A stretch of 64,000 bases of DNA from Podarcis liolepis (taxonomy: Eukaryota): NCBI GenBank assembly GCA_965112155.1, contig OZ218105.1; one strand, given 5' to 3'. The notes under the pieces are model-generated. The model ran no database searches. It saw nothing but the letters and a program-made list of their open reading frames with translations, and was not told the origin of the DNA. Within the stretch, counting starts at the first letter, position 1, and every line of letters starts with the position of its first letter. Shown here in pieces: positions 52,580-64,000 of this stretch. Made by a program: the position numbers and the translations under genes.

Positions 52580-55500
52580 CCTTAATTTAACTGGGCTGCA
52601 GAACGCTAGAATGAGATTATGAACATGAAAAAGATGGTTGATTTAGAGTCAGCTGAAATAACAGTGCAGGATTCTTTGACTTCTAATATGCCATATGCAT
52701 ATAAAATTTACAGCCAAAATGCAGAAGCATTTCTCATGCTCATGCTGTGACACCATAAAATAAATTTCACCCAAGTAACATGATTTTAGATGAAAGAAAA
52801 TAGGAACTGTGTAATTATATACATTTACCTTGACAAATAGAAAGCAATCTGTGATTAGAGCATAGCAATTAGGTACAAAATGCTTCCAATGGATTTAATT
52901 ACCCATCAGTCTACAAGTTTCTTAATTACTTCTATCTCACTGCATCAGTTAAAAAAAAATATTTTTTGCCTGAGGCAGCTAGTCACTTATTTACCAAGCT
53001 TGAAGATTTTGAATATGAATAAATTACTTTACTAAAGCAAAAATATTTGGGTTATGGATAAATTGTTTTTCTAAAGCCTGTCCTTATTCAGCCTTTTGTA
53101 GGATGAAGGCATACATTACTGTTGCTTCTAGAATGGCTCTTTCTCCAGCAAAACGCAAATAGTATCCAGTTATCTATTTTTGTTTTTGTTTTTTAATGTC
53201 TCAAGCAAGTTCCAATGGTTATTTTTGAAAAAACAAAGAGTCACATAGCCTTTTAAAGATTTACATGCTTATTAAGGCATGAACTCTTGTGGGCGAAATC
53301 TTACCTATACTACTAATAGGAATTGGCTCTTGCCCAGAAATGTAATATAATGATTTGTTTTAGTCTTTAAGATACCAAAAGATTCTGGACTCCATCAGAA
53401 AGTTCATTGTACTATTCTGAAATATTTCTAGTTTCCCAGAGATGTTTTCTCACTACCACATCAGAAGAGAAATCCACACTCTGCGGGAAGCCTAAGGTAC
53501 CACTGCCCCACTCCTCAAAAGACCTCTCTAAAGAAAAGGGGGGGAGACGCCTCCCAATTGGACAGATATCAAAAGCCTGATTTTCCACTTAGCTTGCATG
53601 AGTTAAAAATCAATGAGGAAAGTAATCTTAATGTAGAAGACTCTCAGGTCATCTACATTATTAATAGGCAATGCAACTGAAAAATGTTTTTGTTCACCTG
53701 TCTCCATTGCCTTTCCAAATGATTTTGAAATGAAAGGTGCTGAAGCATGAAGATTGCAGGCACTCGTTGCCTTCTGAAATCACAGTGCAGGGAATTGGTG
53801 GAATTCCTGCCTCCTTTGGCACAGTGAATTTTCCTTGAAAGCAGACTACAAATTCACAGGGGTCCCTTGCCTTCAATCAAGAAAATGCTTAAAATGACCC
53901 CCATCTGCCACTTTAATGTATTCTGCCCAAAGACTTCCATAAATATTTAATGCAAGAAAGGGACTGTTTAAACACAATGAATAGCTTGTGAAATTAAAGT
54001 TGGCTGATGGATTACACCACATAATGCACTGTAAACAGTGTTGGAGAAAGCATAGGACAGGCACATACACATGCCATCTCTTCAGTTAGAAGGGTTGGAA
54101 ACGTACTCAAACCACTGTAAGGCTACTTTAATGCTTCTGTATAACAGAGACAATGACTTGGATCCAAAACCAATTGCCTCCCATGTGCAAATAAAAGGCA
54201 TTTCCTCCTTCTACTCCCATTTCCTCAGCTGTAACCCCTCATGTCTCCTGAAGATGAGCTCTGGAGGGTCCCCCAAACCTTCAATAAGGGTTAGGAGGAA
54301 GAACCATAGTGCTCATTTGGCTAATACTGTTTTCAATGTTGGAAAAGCTTTCTGTTCTTCTTGCACTCATGAACATATAATACAGGCTCGTGTTGCATGA
54401 AAATCCATTTATTAAATTATTTAAATTTTGTTACTATCTTATTAAACAAGCTAGCAAATTGATAAAGTTAACTACAGTGAAATTAATTACAGTTTTTGGA
54501 CAAAGTACAACCAGTGTAACATGCCAACACCTGACAGAAAAAGAAGTCTGCTGGGTTTTATTCTAGACAGACCAAGTAGACCCAAATGAGTGAACCACCT
54601 GTACAGAATATACAATATACCTAAACGCAGGAAGGATCTTCATTTTTAGGTTTATACTGTTGCATGTTTATTGTCACAAACATTGCACTCCCAAATTAAT
54701 AGCTTGCTCAACATTTCAAAATCCTATACAGTGTAACAAACTTGGATTTGTTCATTGTGTATCATGCTACAGAAACAGGTACAGTTAGTAGGCAAGTGCC
54801 AGTGTCAGGTACAAATACAAATACCAGTATGAGAATAAGAAAACAGAAACAGTAATTTCCTGACAATATTGTAAGAAAAACACACATTTCAAATGTTTGT
54901 TTCACTTGGTGTTCCTGGAAACCTTCCCTAAATTTTCCCAGCATTCATGGTTTGAATTGAGGAAAGTTTGTATGTAAGCAAACAAAAACATCCAAGGACA
55001 GGACATAAACACACATGAAGAGGAATCACATATGCACAGAAACCACAAAGTGGTAGTGGCTGCGGAGGGCTCTTATAGCCAAGGCAACACAATGGAGAGC
55101 CATATTGTTTCATTCATGCCTAGTTTATTTTTTTATACTTGAAAAAAAGAACCACACACTCATGAACTGTGCACATTTTGGATGGAGTCGCCCTCCTGAC
55201 TGAGCAGGTTTCCAGACTGGTCATGCTTCTTAATCCATCTTTGTTGCAGGTTGCTTTTGTGACACAGAGCATCACAGACTATCTTCAGCTGTGACAGATA
55301 TAGTCCGAGTTCAGCTGTCCTCCTGTACCAGGAGTTGTGGGACAAAACCAGCAGTCAGGACCAAGAGGAAAAACAGGAGGCAGGATTGAAGTGCAAGTCT
55401 GAAATCAGGATGGAAGAGCAAATCAGAGTAGGAGTAAGCCAAAAGTCTGCCTTACTTCTGCTCATGAGTACCAGTCACTGGCCATGTCCTCCTTATTCAA

Positions 55501-55847
55501 ACTTCTACTTCTTCTCTCACATGCTTGCCTTTCTTCTTTCTTCTGTATATCATGGGTCAAATGACTGTTACTCCCTGACAGCCCCTCTCTTCAAACCTTC
55601 CCTTGGCCCGTCTCCTTCCCTCCCTGTTGTCTTCTGTCATGGGCCCTAGTCTGCATGGCAGAATGTCTGGTTGATCCTTTGGGCATCTTTGCTAGCCTCA
55701 ACTTGGTCACTCTTGAGTCAGCCCTCAATAGGTGTACCCCTCCCAACCACGTATCAGTTTCCAGCATTCCAACAAGGATTTATAAGTGACAGGGAAGAAC
55801 AAACAATGCAGATTGCTGATTAAATTTATCTGGTTAGTATGAAGTAT

Positions 55848-56022
55848 GGGAAGGTAAACGGCGTTTCCATGCGCTGCTCTGGTTCGCCAGCAGCAGCTTA
55901 GTCATGCTGGCCACATGACCCAGAAGCTGTACGCCGGCTCCCTCGGCCAGTAAAGCGAGATGAGTGCCGCAACCCCAGAGTCGTCCGCAACTAGACTTGA
56001 CAGTCAGGGGTCCCTTTACCTT
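55848..56022 (+). mobile_element. 5'-truncated Sauria SINE with imperfect TSD
   Basis: Aligns with the 3' half of 3729-4047 and ends in ccctttacctt. Flanked by tatgaagtatg / tatgaagcatg. Confidence 0.9.
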
Positions 56023-57462
56023 TATGAAGCATGTGGGGCAGTACATATTGCTTTATGGCATACTGCACAAGATATTAAGACATATCCTGAATTTTGCACA
56101 GCCAGAGCCTGGTCTTGCTAGACTTTCATCTCTCCCTCTGCACATGACCACCAACAACTTAAGTGTCCTATGGGAAGGATTCTGAGGGAGGGAGAAAGAG
56201 AGAAGGGGGGGGGGGTAAGCGAAGACCATCTCAGAGCCTTCTCCAGCAGGATCCATCTCCAATCAACTGCCCTATGGGAAGGATGTTTATATTATTTACT
56301 CCTTTTTTAAAAAAGTAGTTTAATATTACTTATATGCCATTTTGGCATGGTTTTGATGCCGAAGAGTGGATATATAAATAGTTTAAGTAAACATAAAGAA
56401 ATAAATACATCCTTTGGGCTTCCCCATAGAAGCCTGAAAATGTTCAATAGCTAAAATGTGGCCATTCCTTTCCTCTTCTTCTAGTTTCTCATCACATTTT
56501 TCTTATCTTATTCAAGATGAAACCAATCCTCGTTCTTCAGTTCTCTGAGGTTGTCAGGCTGGAGCCATCACCCATCTATCTAACATCAACACTGGTCATG
56601 GTGGGAAAAGGTAGTCCTGAACACCACCTTCTTTCCTGGGTTCAATGCCATTCAGATACAAGATACTACTCTTTACTATTTTCCACAGATAACTAAAAGG
56701 TTCTTAATATAGTAGTATGTCTTGAAAGCAGGGAAGAATGTCGTTTTAACAATATAAATAAAAGACAAGCACAGTATACCATGTGCTGTAAGCAACTCTC
56801 TTGTCCAAAACCATCAACTTTTCGAGATGTATTTCTATGAAATACCTTCAAGTAGAAACACCTGGAAAAGATGAAAGGCTGTACCAGTGAAGAGGGTAAT
56901 GTCTTTTTACAAGGCTTTGAGATCAAAGGGAAAAGTTCCCTGTATACCAAGACAAAACTAGTTTGTTTGTTTTTTAAAAAATAGTTTTCATTTTAAGCCC
57001 AAGCAGTCACATCCTTTGGTAAATAAGAACTGGTGAACTAAGACTGCAAGATGCAGTTGCTTTAAGCATATACCCAAGGCTTTTACACACACTTGAAGAG
57101 ACGTTTCAGGAATTTTAACTCATTCTCAAAAAACCACTGTATACACATATACAAACACACACAGTATGATGTAAAAACTACTCACCTTATACCACAGACA
57201 ATGGTTATAAATCAGACATTGTGACAGGCAACACTGCAAGAAAAATCTGACAAATACAAAGCTAAGAAATATTTTTCAACTTCAAAAGAAAACCGTGGGT
57301 TTTGTTACATTCATTTCTTGATCTTTTGGTCGGTTGCTTCATTAAAAAAAACTTTTTAAAAAGCAGCCAGGCTGCAAACTATTTATTCTTAAGTAATCTC
57401 ACTGAGGTTCTACTTCAGAGTCCAAGAAGGGAGCCAAATGAGAGCTATTACAAAATGGGATA

Positions 57463-57501
57463 TTAAGTGGTCTTCAAATTTAAGTGGTCTTCAAATTTAA
57501 G
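57463..57501. repeat. Tandem duplication of a 17-bp unit ttaagtggtcttcaaat (about 2.3 copies)
   Basis: Read directly from the sequence. Confidence 0.9.
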
Positions 57502-57573
57502 GACTACTGTCATAATTCCTATGAGCTGGGCTAATCTGTTTCCATTTTTTGTGGACAATAACAACATTAAGAT

Positions 57574-57690
57574 GGGACGCGGGTGGCGCTGTGGGTTAAA
57601 CCATAGAGCCTAGGACTTGCTGATCAGAAGGTCAGTGGTTCGAATCCCCGCGATGGGGTGAGCTCCCGTTGCTCGGTCCCTGCTCCTGCC
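57574..57690 (+). mobile_element. Sauria SINE 5' head only (3' part missing, fused to a MITE)
   Basis: Matches roughly the first 117 bp of the 3729-4047 SINE, then switches abruptly to MITE sequence. Confidence 0.88.
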
Positions 57691-57869
57691 AAACTGTTCT
57701 TAACCTGAAGCACCACTTTAGCTAATGGGGCCTCCCGCTGCCGCCGGAGCACGATTTCTGTTCTCATCCTGAAGCAAAGTTCTTAACCCGAGGTACTATT
57801 TCTGGGTTAGCAGAGTTTGTAACCTGAAGAGTATGTAACCTGAAGCATATGTAACCCGAGGTACCACTG
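57691..57869. mobile_element. Tigger/pogo-like MITE lacking its left end (same family as 44418-44642 and 52120-52334)
   Basis: Aligns with the other two copies from aaactgttcttaacctgaag to the right TIR gaggtaccactg followed by TA. Confidence 0.88.
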
Positions 57870-57871
57870 TA

Positions 57872-58079
57872 CAATGGAACCTTGGTTTTCAAACGTAATC
57901 TGTTCCGGAAGTCTGTTCAACTTCCGAAATGTTTGAAAACCAAGGATCAAAGGGCTGTCAGCAAGTTCAAATAGGGAAAACTGAGAAACACGCCTTGGAA
58001 GCCCTAGGTGCACGGAAGCATTCACTTCTGGGTTTTTGGTGTTTGGCAGCTGAGACATTCAAAAACTGAGGTTTGACTG
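57872..58079. mobile_element. Tigger/pogo-like MITE (related to 35488-35728)
   Basis: Degenerate TIRs (caatggaaccttggttttcaaacg / ttcaaaaactgaggtttgactg) with TA flanks. Shares caaacgtaatctgttccggaag with 35488-35728. Confidence 0.75.
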
Positions 58080-58254
58080 TAATCTTATTACCTTAATGTT
58101 TTAGCACCTGTTTTGTAAACCACATTGGGAGGGTGAACATCCTAAATGGCAGGATAAAAATATATAAACCTATTAAATAAGTAAAAATTTAACAAGATAT
58201 GAACCAGCAACTTTTGAGCTTAAAAGTTCTTTCCCTTAATTGCTGTACTGCAAG

Positions 58255-58362
58255 TTTGGGTCTGCAGCTGTTTTTGGACTACAACACGCACCATCCCTAG
58301 CTAGCAGGACCAGTGCTCAGGAATGATGGGAATTGTAGTCCAAAAACAGCTGCAGACCCAAA
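58255..58362. mobile_element. Palindromic hAT-type MITE core with a perfect 30-bp stem
   Basis: tttgggtctgcagctgtttttggactacaa pairs perfectly with ttgtagtccaaaaacagctgcagacccaaa. Same motif family as 47317-47452. Confidence 0.75.
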
Positions 58363-59342
58363 TTCTGGAAACTCTGCTGTATTGCATAAATATTTGGGCT
58401 CAGTGGCTTTCCCTTCACTAGAATTGTTGGTAGGTACCCTTTTCACGCAGCCTCCCAGAGAATAGATACCAGGAAGAAGCTAGTCATACATAAATGGTCA
58501 TGCCATCACACTTCATAGAATTACTTGTTTATTGCACCTGAAAGTCTTTGAAAAGAATGAACACGCATCACTTAAAGAAGCTAAGAGAATGACGATGGCA
58601 TCCACAGTGCATCACTGTTAAGGCCTAATAGTTGTTAATGAACGTGAAAGTACAGAAGGGAGTGTCTGAATCAATATAAACAAACTAAAAACTGTTCTTC
58701 CTGCGAAACCAAGAGTAACTAGCTCACTGTATCTTCAATTATTTTAAATATATGCAAAATACTCTCACTGCTCTCCTCTGAATGCCTTCCAAGTTGTTTG
58801 CATCTTTCAAGATCTGACTCTCCAGATTTAGCAACATTAAATATTCAGCGGAGAAGGCTCAAGCAAAGGCTTTATAATACCATATAGAGAGAATCACTGC
58901 TGTTGTTGGATTTCTGTAATCATGCGAAGAAACATCTAAATTGAATTTTATATGTTTACATATACATACCATAGCCTGTGCAGAGATCACTAAACCTCTT
59001 TGCCCCCGCAAGCACTCTGCAAGGAGGCATAGGGCAAAGCCAGTTAGCTTGGAAACCTGACTGCGAAGGAGATGGCAGAGATTACTGTGGCTGTCTTGTA
59101 ACTATTCCTTCCTGACAGAAGAGAATGAGAGAGGGGGGGATCCAAGCTGGTCCCATTTACTCTTTCATACTGATGAAACCACACCAGTGCTTGACAAAAC
59201 GATACTAATGATTATAAATGCTTTTAAAAAGTATTTTTTCTTGGAAGCCATCAGAATGCAGCACCTGTGTATTTCAAAGATAAACCTAATATTGCATATA
59301 TTTGGAGATGCCCCAATTTTTCTACAATAAACCATTATGATC

Positions 59343-59767
59343 TAGTTTACATGTAGCACTAAGCCAAACCAGAGCTTATGGTGAATGAGCAAAATGTGAG
59401 AGTTCCCAGGCAGAAGATCACAGCTGCTTTGGTCTTCCTCTAGTCCTACTGTTGCTGCACTGCTTTGAGCTATGCCATGATCTGGCTTAGTGTTACACCT
59501 GAACCTGGGCTTGTTGCTAATCCTGTCCAAGACAAAGCACAAGAAGTAGCCAAGGTGTGTTCTGTGGCTTGCCACTCATGGTTTATCTGGAGGAAACAAA
59601 CCATGAGTCCAGGTTTGGGTGTAACACTATGCCAAACCATGGCTTAGCTCCTAACAGTGCGGCAGCACTTGGACTGGAGGAGCGAAGATGTTGTGATCTT
59701 TCTAGCAACCTGCACATTTGCCCGTTTGCACTAAACCATGGCTTGGCTTAGCATTATGTGCAAACTG
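59343..59767. mobile_element. Decayed long foldback element (MITE-like), arms about 165 bp
   Basis: Outer ends gtttacatgtagcactaagccaaacc / atggcttggcttagcattatgtgcaaac; inner ends tagtgttacacctgaacctgg / ccaggtttgggtgtaacacta. Confidence 0.65.
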
Positions 59768-61207
59768 GGCCTATGTGTAATTCTATCTGGCAGAAAAGTT
59801 TTCAAAGCTGAAAGCAAAGGATTTTAAGCGGAACTCTGTTTATCCGTTGAAAAATTCCTATTAGCCTCTTTTTCTGCTCAAGGACCAAATGGCATTTTTT
59901 TTATTTTTTTTACTGAAGGTCTAATGAGAGCTGCTTTTGTGATCAGTGGCTCCAAGCAGTTAGTAGACGTAGGTGCAGTACAAAGAGTTTCGTATTTGAG
60001 TCCCTGCTTAACCGTACAATGTTATTCTCTTGGTAACAGCTGTTTCCACTTCCCTTAAGTGTGGCAGGTGCAGGACAAAGGATTCAAATTCTCTCCACCT
60101 GCTGCCTCAAATTCTACTCAGGTAACTCACTAGAACTTATCTTTGTGTACCTGTCACCACAACAGATGTTCAATGGGAAGGCAAGACAGCCACACCCACA
60201 TATCTCTGGCTTAATCTTTGGCTTGTTTAGCCAATCTGACTAGAGTAACTGAGCAGTGCAAATGATAACATTTGCTATCAAAATACAGCCAATCTGTTTA
60301 GTCGAAATGCAACAAATGAAAAAAAAAGCTGTTGCTTTTTTCCATCATGCCTCTGTTGAAAAAAGTAAACCAGTGAAACAGTTTTCACTGCAAGACATTT
60401 GATTAAACAACCATATAAGTTGATATGCAGCTTCAACGATCCTTCACGAAAATATTGTGAATATTCTTTCTAGGGTCTCTCCAGATGACCTGTTTATTGA
60501 GCATTAATCCTGATTTGTCTGCACAAAGCTTACATAGAGATTAGATTGTATCTGGTCTTTACTGAGGATTCGTTGATTTGTTTGCAGGACAGTTATCATC
60601 TTCTGCTAGTCATTTGTTCAACCCTCATCTTTCAATGCATTTCTCTGTCACTTTCCAAACCACAAAAAAAATCTGATTCTTTTAAAAAGTGGATCTGTTA
60701 TGCCAGGATGACAGAGCTCTTTAATCCACTTTAATTGCATAAACTAAAGTTTTGGTATGCTTTCCTGCTAAATAGTGACAGTTCAAGTTAATGTTGTTAA
60801 TGGAGAGGTTAGAAGACCTTCCTTTCCTAATATGTAAGAGTGTGCATTAGAAGATGCACTTTCACCAAGCTGCTGCCTTATATAGTCAGAGCATTGGCTC
60901 ATCTCACTCAGTCTACAGTGACTGGCAACAGCTCTCCAACATTTCAAAATTTACACTGGTTAACTGCTTTAACAGACAGAAGAAACACACTCTTAAAAAA
61001 GAGTGTTTCCAATTTCATTTTAATTTTTAAATTAACAGATAATGCAAGAAAAGCCTCATTTTCTCCTAACTGAATGCTGTGTGTTCATAGTTATTGCAAA
61101 CAAGACAGTTAACCAGTATTAAATAATAGAGAATGCCTACACATATATTAGAGACTATCATGTGTAAAAAAAACAAAAAAAACCCTACTAACCACTGAAT
61201 ATATATG

Positions 61208-61208
<1 letters not shown>

Positions 61209-61284
<76 letters not shown>
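61209..61284. repeat. Compound microsatellite (TA)18(CA)20
   Basis: Read directly from the sequence. Confidence 0.95.
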
Positions 61285-61287
<3 letters not shown>

Positions 61288-61582
61288 CTGCCCATGGGTG
61301 GGGGAGAGCACACGGAGAAATCTTAATTAGCACGATTTACATAATTTCAAATAACGGAAGCTCAACTCATGACAGTGCATTCTAAGGAAGCTAAATGAAG
61401 CATTATTGCTTTTTCAATGAGATGAAAACTGGAGATATCTCATTAGTTCCTATGCATCCAGTTGCAGCCAAAGATAATATGGAAGCAGTGGGTAACACCT
61501 GCCCTGCTGTACATGACAGTATTAAAGAGAGGTTGATGAGTTGAGGTATTTGCTAAAATTGTACATTTTAATAAACCTAGTG

Positions 61583-61645
61583 ATAGCTCAGTAAGAAGAC
61601 ACATGTGTTGAATGCAGAAGGTACCAGGTTCAATCCCTGGCACCT
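61583..61645 (+). mobile_element. Decayed tRNA-derived SINE head (duplicate copy at 63271-63333)
   Basis: tagctcagt...tgcagaaggtaccaggttcaatccctggca contains A-box and B-box-like motifs; too degenerate to be a tRNA gene. Confidence 0.55.
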
Positions 61646-62925
61646 TCAAAGACCTCATGCCTTCTGGATTGGTTTGCTGGAATCCACTATAAGTGGATGC
61701 AACTTTCCTACACATATGCCATATCCACACCATACATTTGGAGCACTCTTAGAACACTTTTAACAGCCATGGCTTCCCCCAAAGAATCCTGGGAACTGTA
61801 GTTTGTTAAAGGTGCTGAGCATGGTTAGAAGACCCTTCATAGAACTACAAATCCCTACACCATGGCTTGGCTTCAAAGGTTGTCCCCTCAAATGGAGGAG
61901 GCCAGCTTGAGGAAGGCCCTGGTGCTGGGAAAGTCATTTTCTATTTCTATAGGAAACAGGGTCTTCCCAATGACTTCGGAAATGGGAGGTGCTCTAGAAG
62001 GGCTCCCAAATAGTGGCAGCCCAGCAGTAAAAAAAGAACAGAGAAGAAAAAATGGAAATGAAACAGCTCACAATGAATCCTGCTAATTCCCCTGGCTCAC
62101 TCCATCCCCTTGTGCTATAAACCACAATGTTCTAGAGTGACCCTTAACCCCCAGGAGAAGCTTCTGGCAGAGTACAAGGGACTGCAGTGGGAAGAATGAC
62201 CAGAAAGGGGTCATTGTGTGAGTAGAGTTCCATCCATGGTCCGCTGGAGCCAGGGAAAAGGTCACCCAGTGAGTTTCATGGCTGAGCAGGGATATAAACT
62301 CATGTCTACCAAACAGGCTCATGTTACATGTTACATGAGCATATAACACCATTAGAAAAGTGGGGTACTATGGTACTGAATTATATTTGAACCATGAAAC
62401 AGAAATATCTTAGCAACAGTTAAACTGTGCAAATGGTGGTGTAGGAGGAGCCCAAAGCCTCCTATAAACTGTGACAGGTGAATTTTTTGTTTATGAAATT
62501 TATACCCTGCCTTTCTGCATATGACCTCCAAGGCAGCTTACAACAGAATTAAAGCAATACAACTCTCATTGCCAAAAAAATAAATAAATAAAAATTACCA
62601 CATTTTACCTTTCAGTAGAAATTCTTTAAGGAAATGGCACAGAGATCATTTTCTACACACATACAGCATACACCTCTGAAATGCTCAAATGTGCTCAAGG
62701 TGTCAGAGGAAGACAAGTTAACAGTTTCTGAATAGCACTGCTGCCCTCTTCTGGGGTAAGTTGCCCATCCCCCATGCTTTTAACTAATTCTACTATTAAG
62801 TCCTGGAGTTCCCTACTAAACCACATAAGGAAATACATTCAAAATTACTGAAGAAAGCTAAATTTTCTGGAAACGTGTGTGGGCTATTAAAAAAAATTTG
62901 TTAAGAGCTCTAACACATGAGTAGT

Positions 62926-63125
62926 NNNNNNNNNNNNNNNNNNNNNNNNNNNNNNNNNNNNNNNNNNNNNNNNNNNNNNNNNNNNNNNNNNNNNNNNNNN
63001 NNNNNNNNNNNNNNNNNNNNNNNNNNNNNNNNNNNNNNNNNNNNNNNNNNNNNNNNNNNNNNNNNNNNNNNNNNNNNNNNNNNNNNNNNNNNNNNNNNNN
63101 NNNNNNNNNNNNNNNNNNNNNNNNN
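62926..63125. other. Assembly gap (200 N)
   Basis: Run of 200 N. Confidence 0.99.
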
Positions 63126-64000
63126 TCTCATTAGTTCCTATGCATCCAGTTGCAGCCAAAGATAATATGGAAGCAGTGGGTAACACCTGCCCTGCTGTAC
63201 ATGACAGTATTAAAGAGAGGTTGATGAGTTGAGGTATTTGCTAAAATTGTACATTTTAATAAACCTAGTGATAGCTCAGTAAGAAGACACATGTGTTGAA
63301 TGCAGAAGGTACCAGGTTCAATCCCTGGCACCTTCAAAGACCTCATGCCTTCTGGATTGGTTTGCTGGAATCCACTATAAGTGGATGCAACTTTCCTACA
63401 CATATGCCATATCCACACCATACATTTGGAGCACTCTTAGAACACTTTTAACAGCCATGGCTTCCCCCAAAGAATCCTGGGAACTGTAGTTTGTTAAAGG
63501 TGCTGAGCATGGTTAGAAGACCCTTCATAGAACTACAAATCCCTACACCATGGCTTGGCTTCAAAGGTTGTCCCCTCAAATGGAGGAGGCCAGCTTGAGG
63601 AAGGCCCTGGTGCTGGGAAAGTCATTTTCTATTTCTATAGGAAACAGGGTCTTCCCAATGACTTCGGAAATGGGAGGTGCTCTAGAAGGGCTCCCAAATA
63701 GTGGCAGCCCAGCAGTAAAAAAAGAACAGAGAAGAAAAAATGGAAATGAAACAGCTCACAATGAATCCTGCTAATTCCCCTGGCTCACTCCATCCCCTTG
63801 TGCTATAAACCACAATGTTCTAGAGTGACCCTTAACCCCCAGGAGAAGCTTCTGGCAGAGTACAAGGGACTGCAGTGGGAAGAATGACCAGAAAGGGGTC
63901 ATTGTGTGAGTAGAGTTCCATCCATGGTCCGCTGGAGCCAGGGAAAAGGTCACCCAGTGAGTTTCATGGCTGAGCAGGGATATAAACTCATGTCTACCAA
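63126..64000 (+). repeat. Direct duplicate of 61438-62312 (875 bp, offset 1688), starting exactly at the gap edge
   Basis: Appears identical by eye, and gives identical ORF translations (61443/63131 and 61862/63550). Confidence 0.95.

Larger units (their letters stand above)
1..64000 (-). other. CDKAL1: Window lies within the CDKAL1 transcription unit. Complete introns: 29263-37236 (7974 bp), 15524-29116 (13593 bp), 12831-15342 (2512 bp). Partial large introns at both window ends.
   Basis: Four colinear exons are present. I did not find the flanking exons (the CxxxCxxC-containing upstream exon or the IGERQQVLV downstream exon) in the window, consistent with the very large introns of this gene. 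Confidence 0.85.

Noticed and set aside
55140-55770. Possible LTR/DIRS-like relic
   Set aside because: Composition is suggestive, but no termini, TSD or coding motifs could be supported.
61443-63774. Duplicated small ORFs (96 aa and 74 aa) suggesting a tandem gene duplication
   Set aside because: They are non-coding, repeat-derived frames within a probable assembly overlap.

Overview
This is eukaryotic (vertebrate) genomic DNA, almost certainly from a squamate and probably a lacertid lizard, judging by Sauria-type and Squam3-like SINEs, a BovB fragment and lizard-type MITEs. The whole window appears to lie inside the CDKAL1 gene (tRNA-Lys ms2t6A methylthiotransferase) on the minus strand. 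Four internal coding exons (167, 146, 181 and 63 bp) have canonical GT-AG sites and splice into one open frame covering part of the radical-SAM domain. The rest is intronic: tRNA-derived SINEs, Tc1/mariner-superfamily (Tigger-like and Tc2-like) and hAT MITEs, CR1, L2 and RTE-BovB fragments, microsatellites and several foldback palindromes. A 200-N gap is flanked by an apparently identical ~875-bp duplicate, probably an assembly artefact. Nearly all ORFs in the supplied track are spurious. I see no convincing new protein-coding system. The best leads are (1) two Tc2-like MITEs with homologous ends but unrelated hairpin cores, (2) a SINE-head/MITE chimera abutting a second MITE, and (3) a candidate 48-bp poison cassette exon in a CDKAL1 intron. 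All alignments were done by eye, and repeat family names come from recalled consensus motifs, not database searches.
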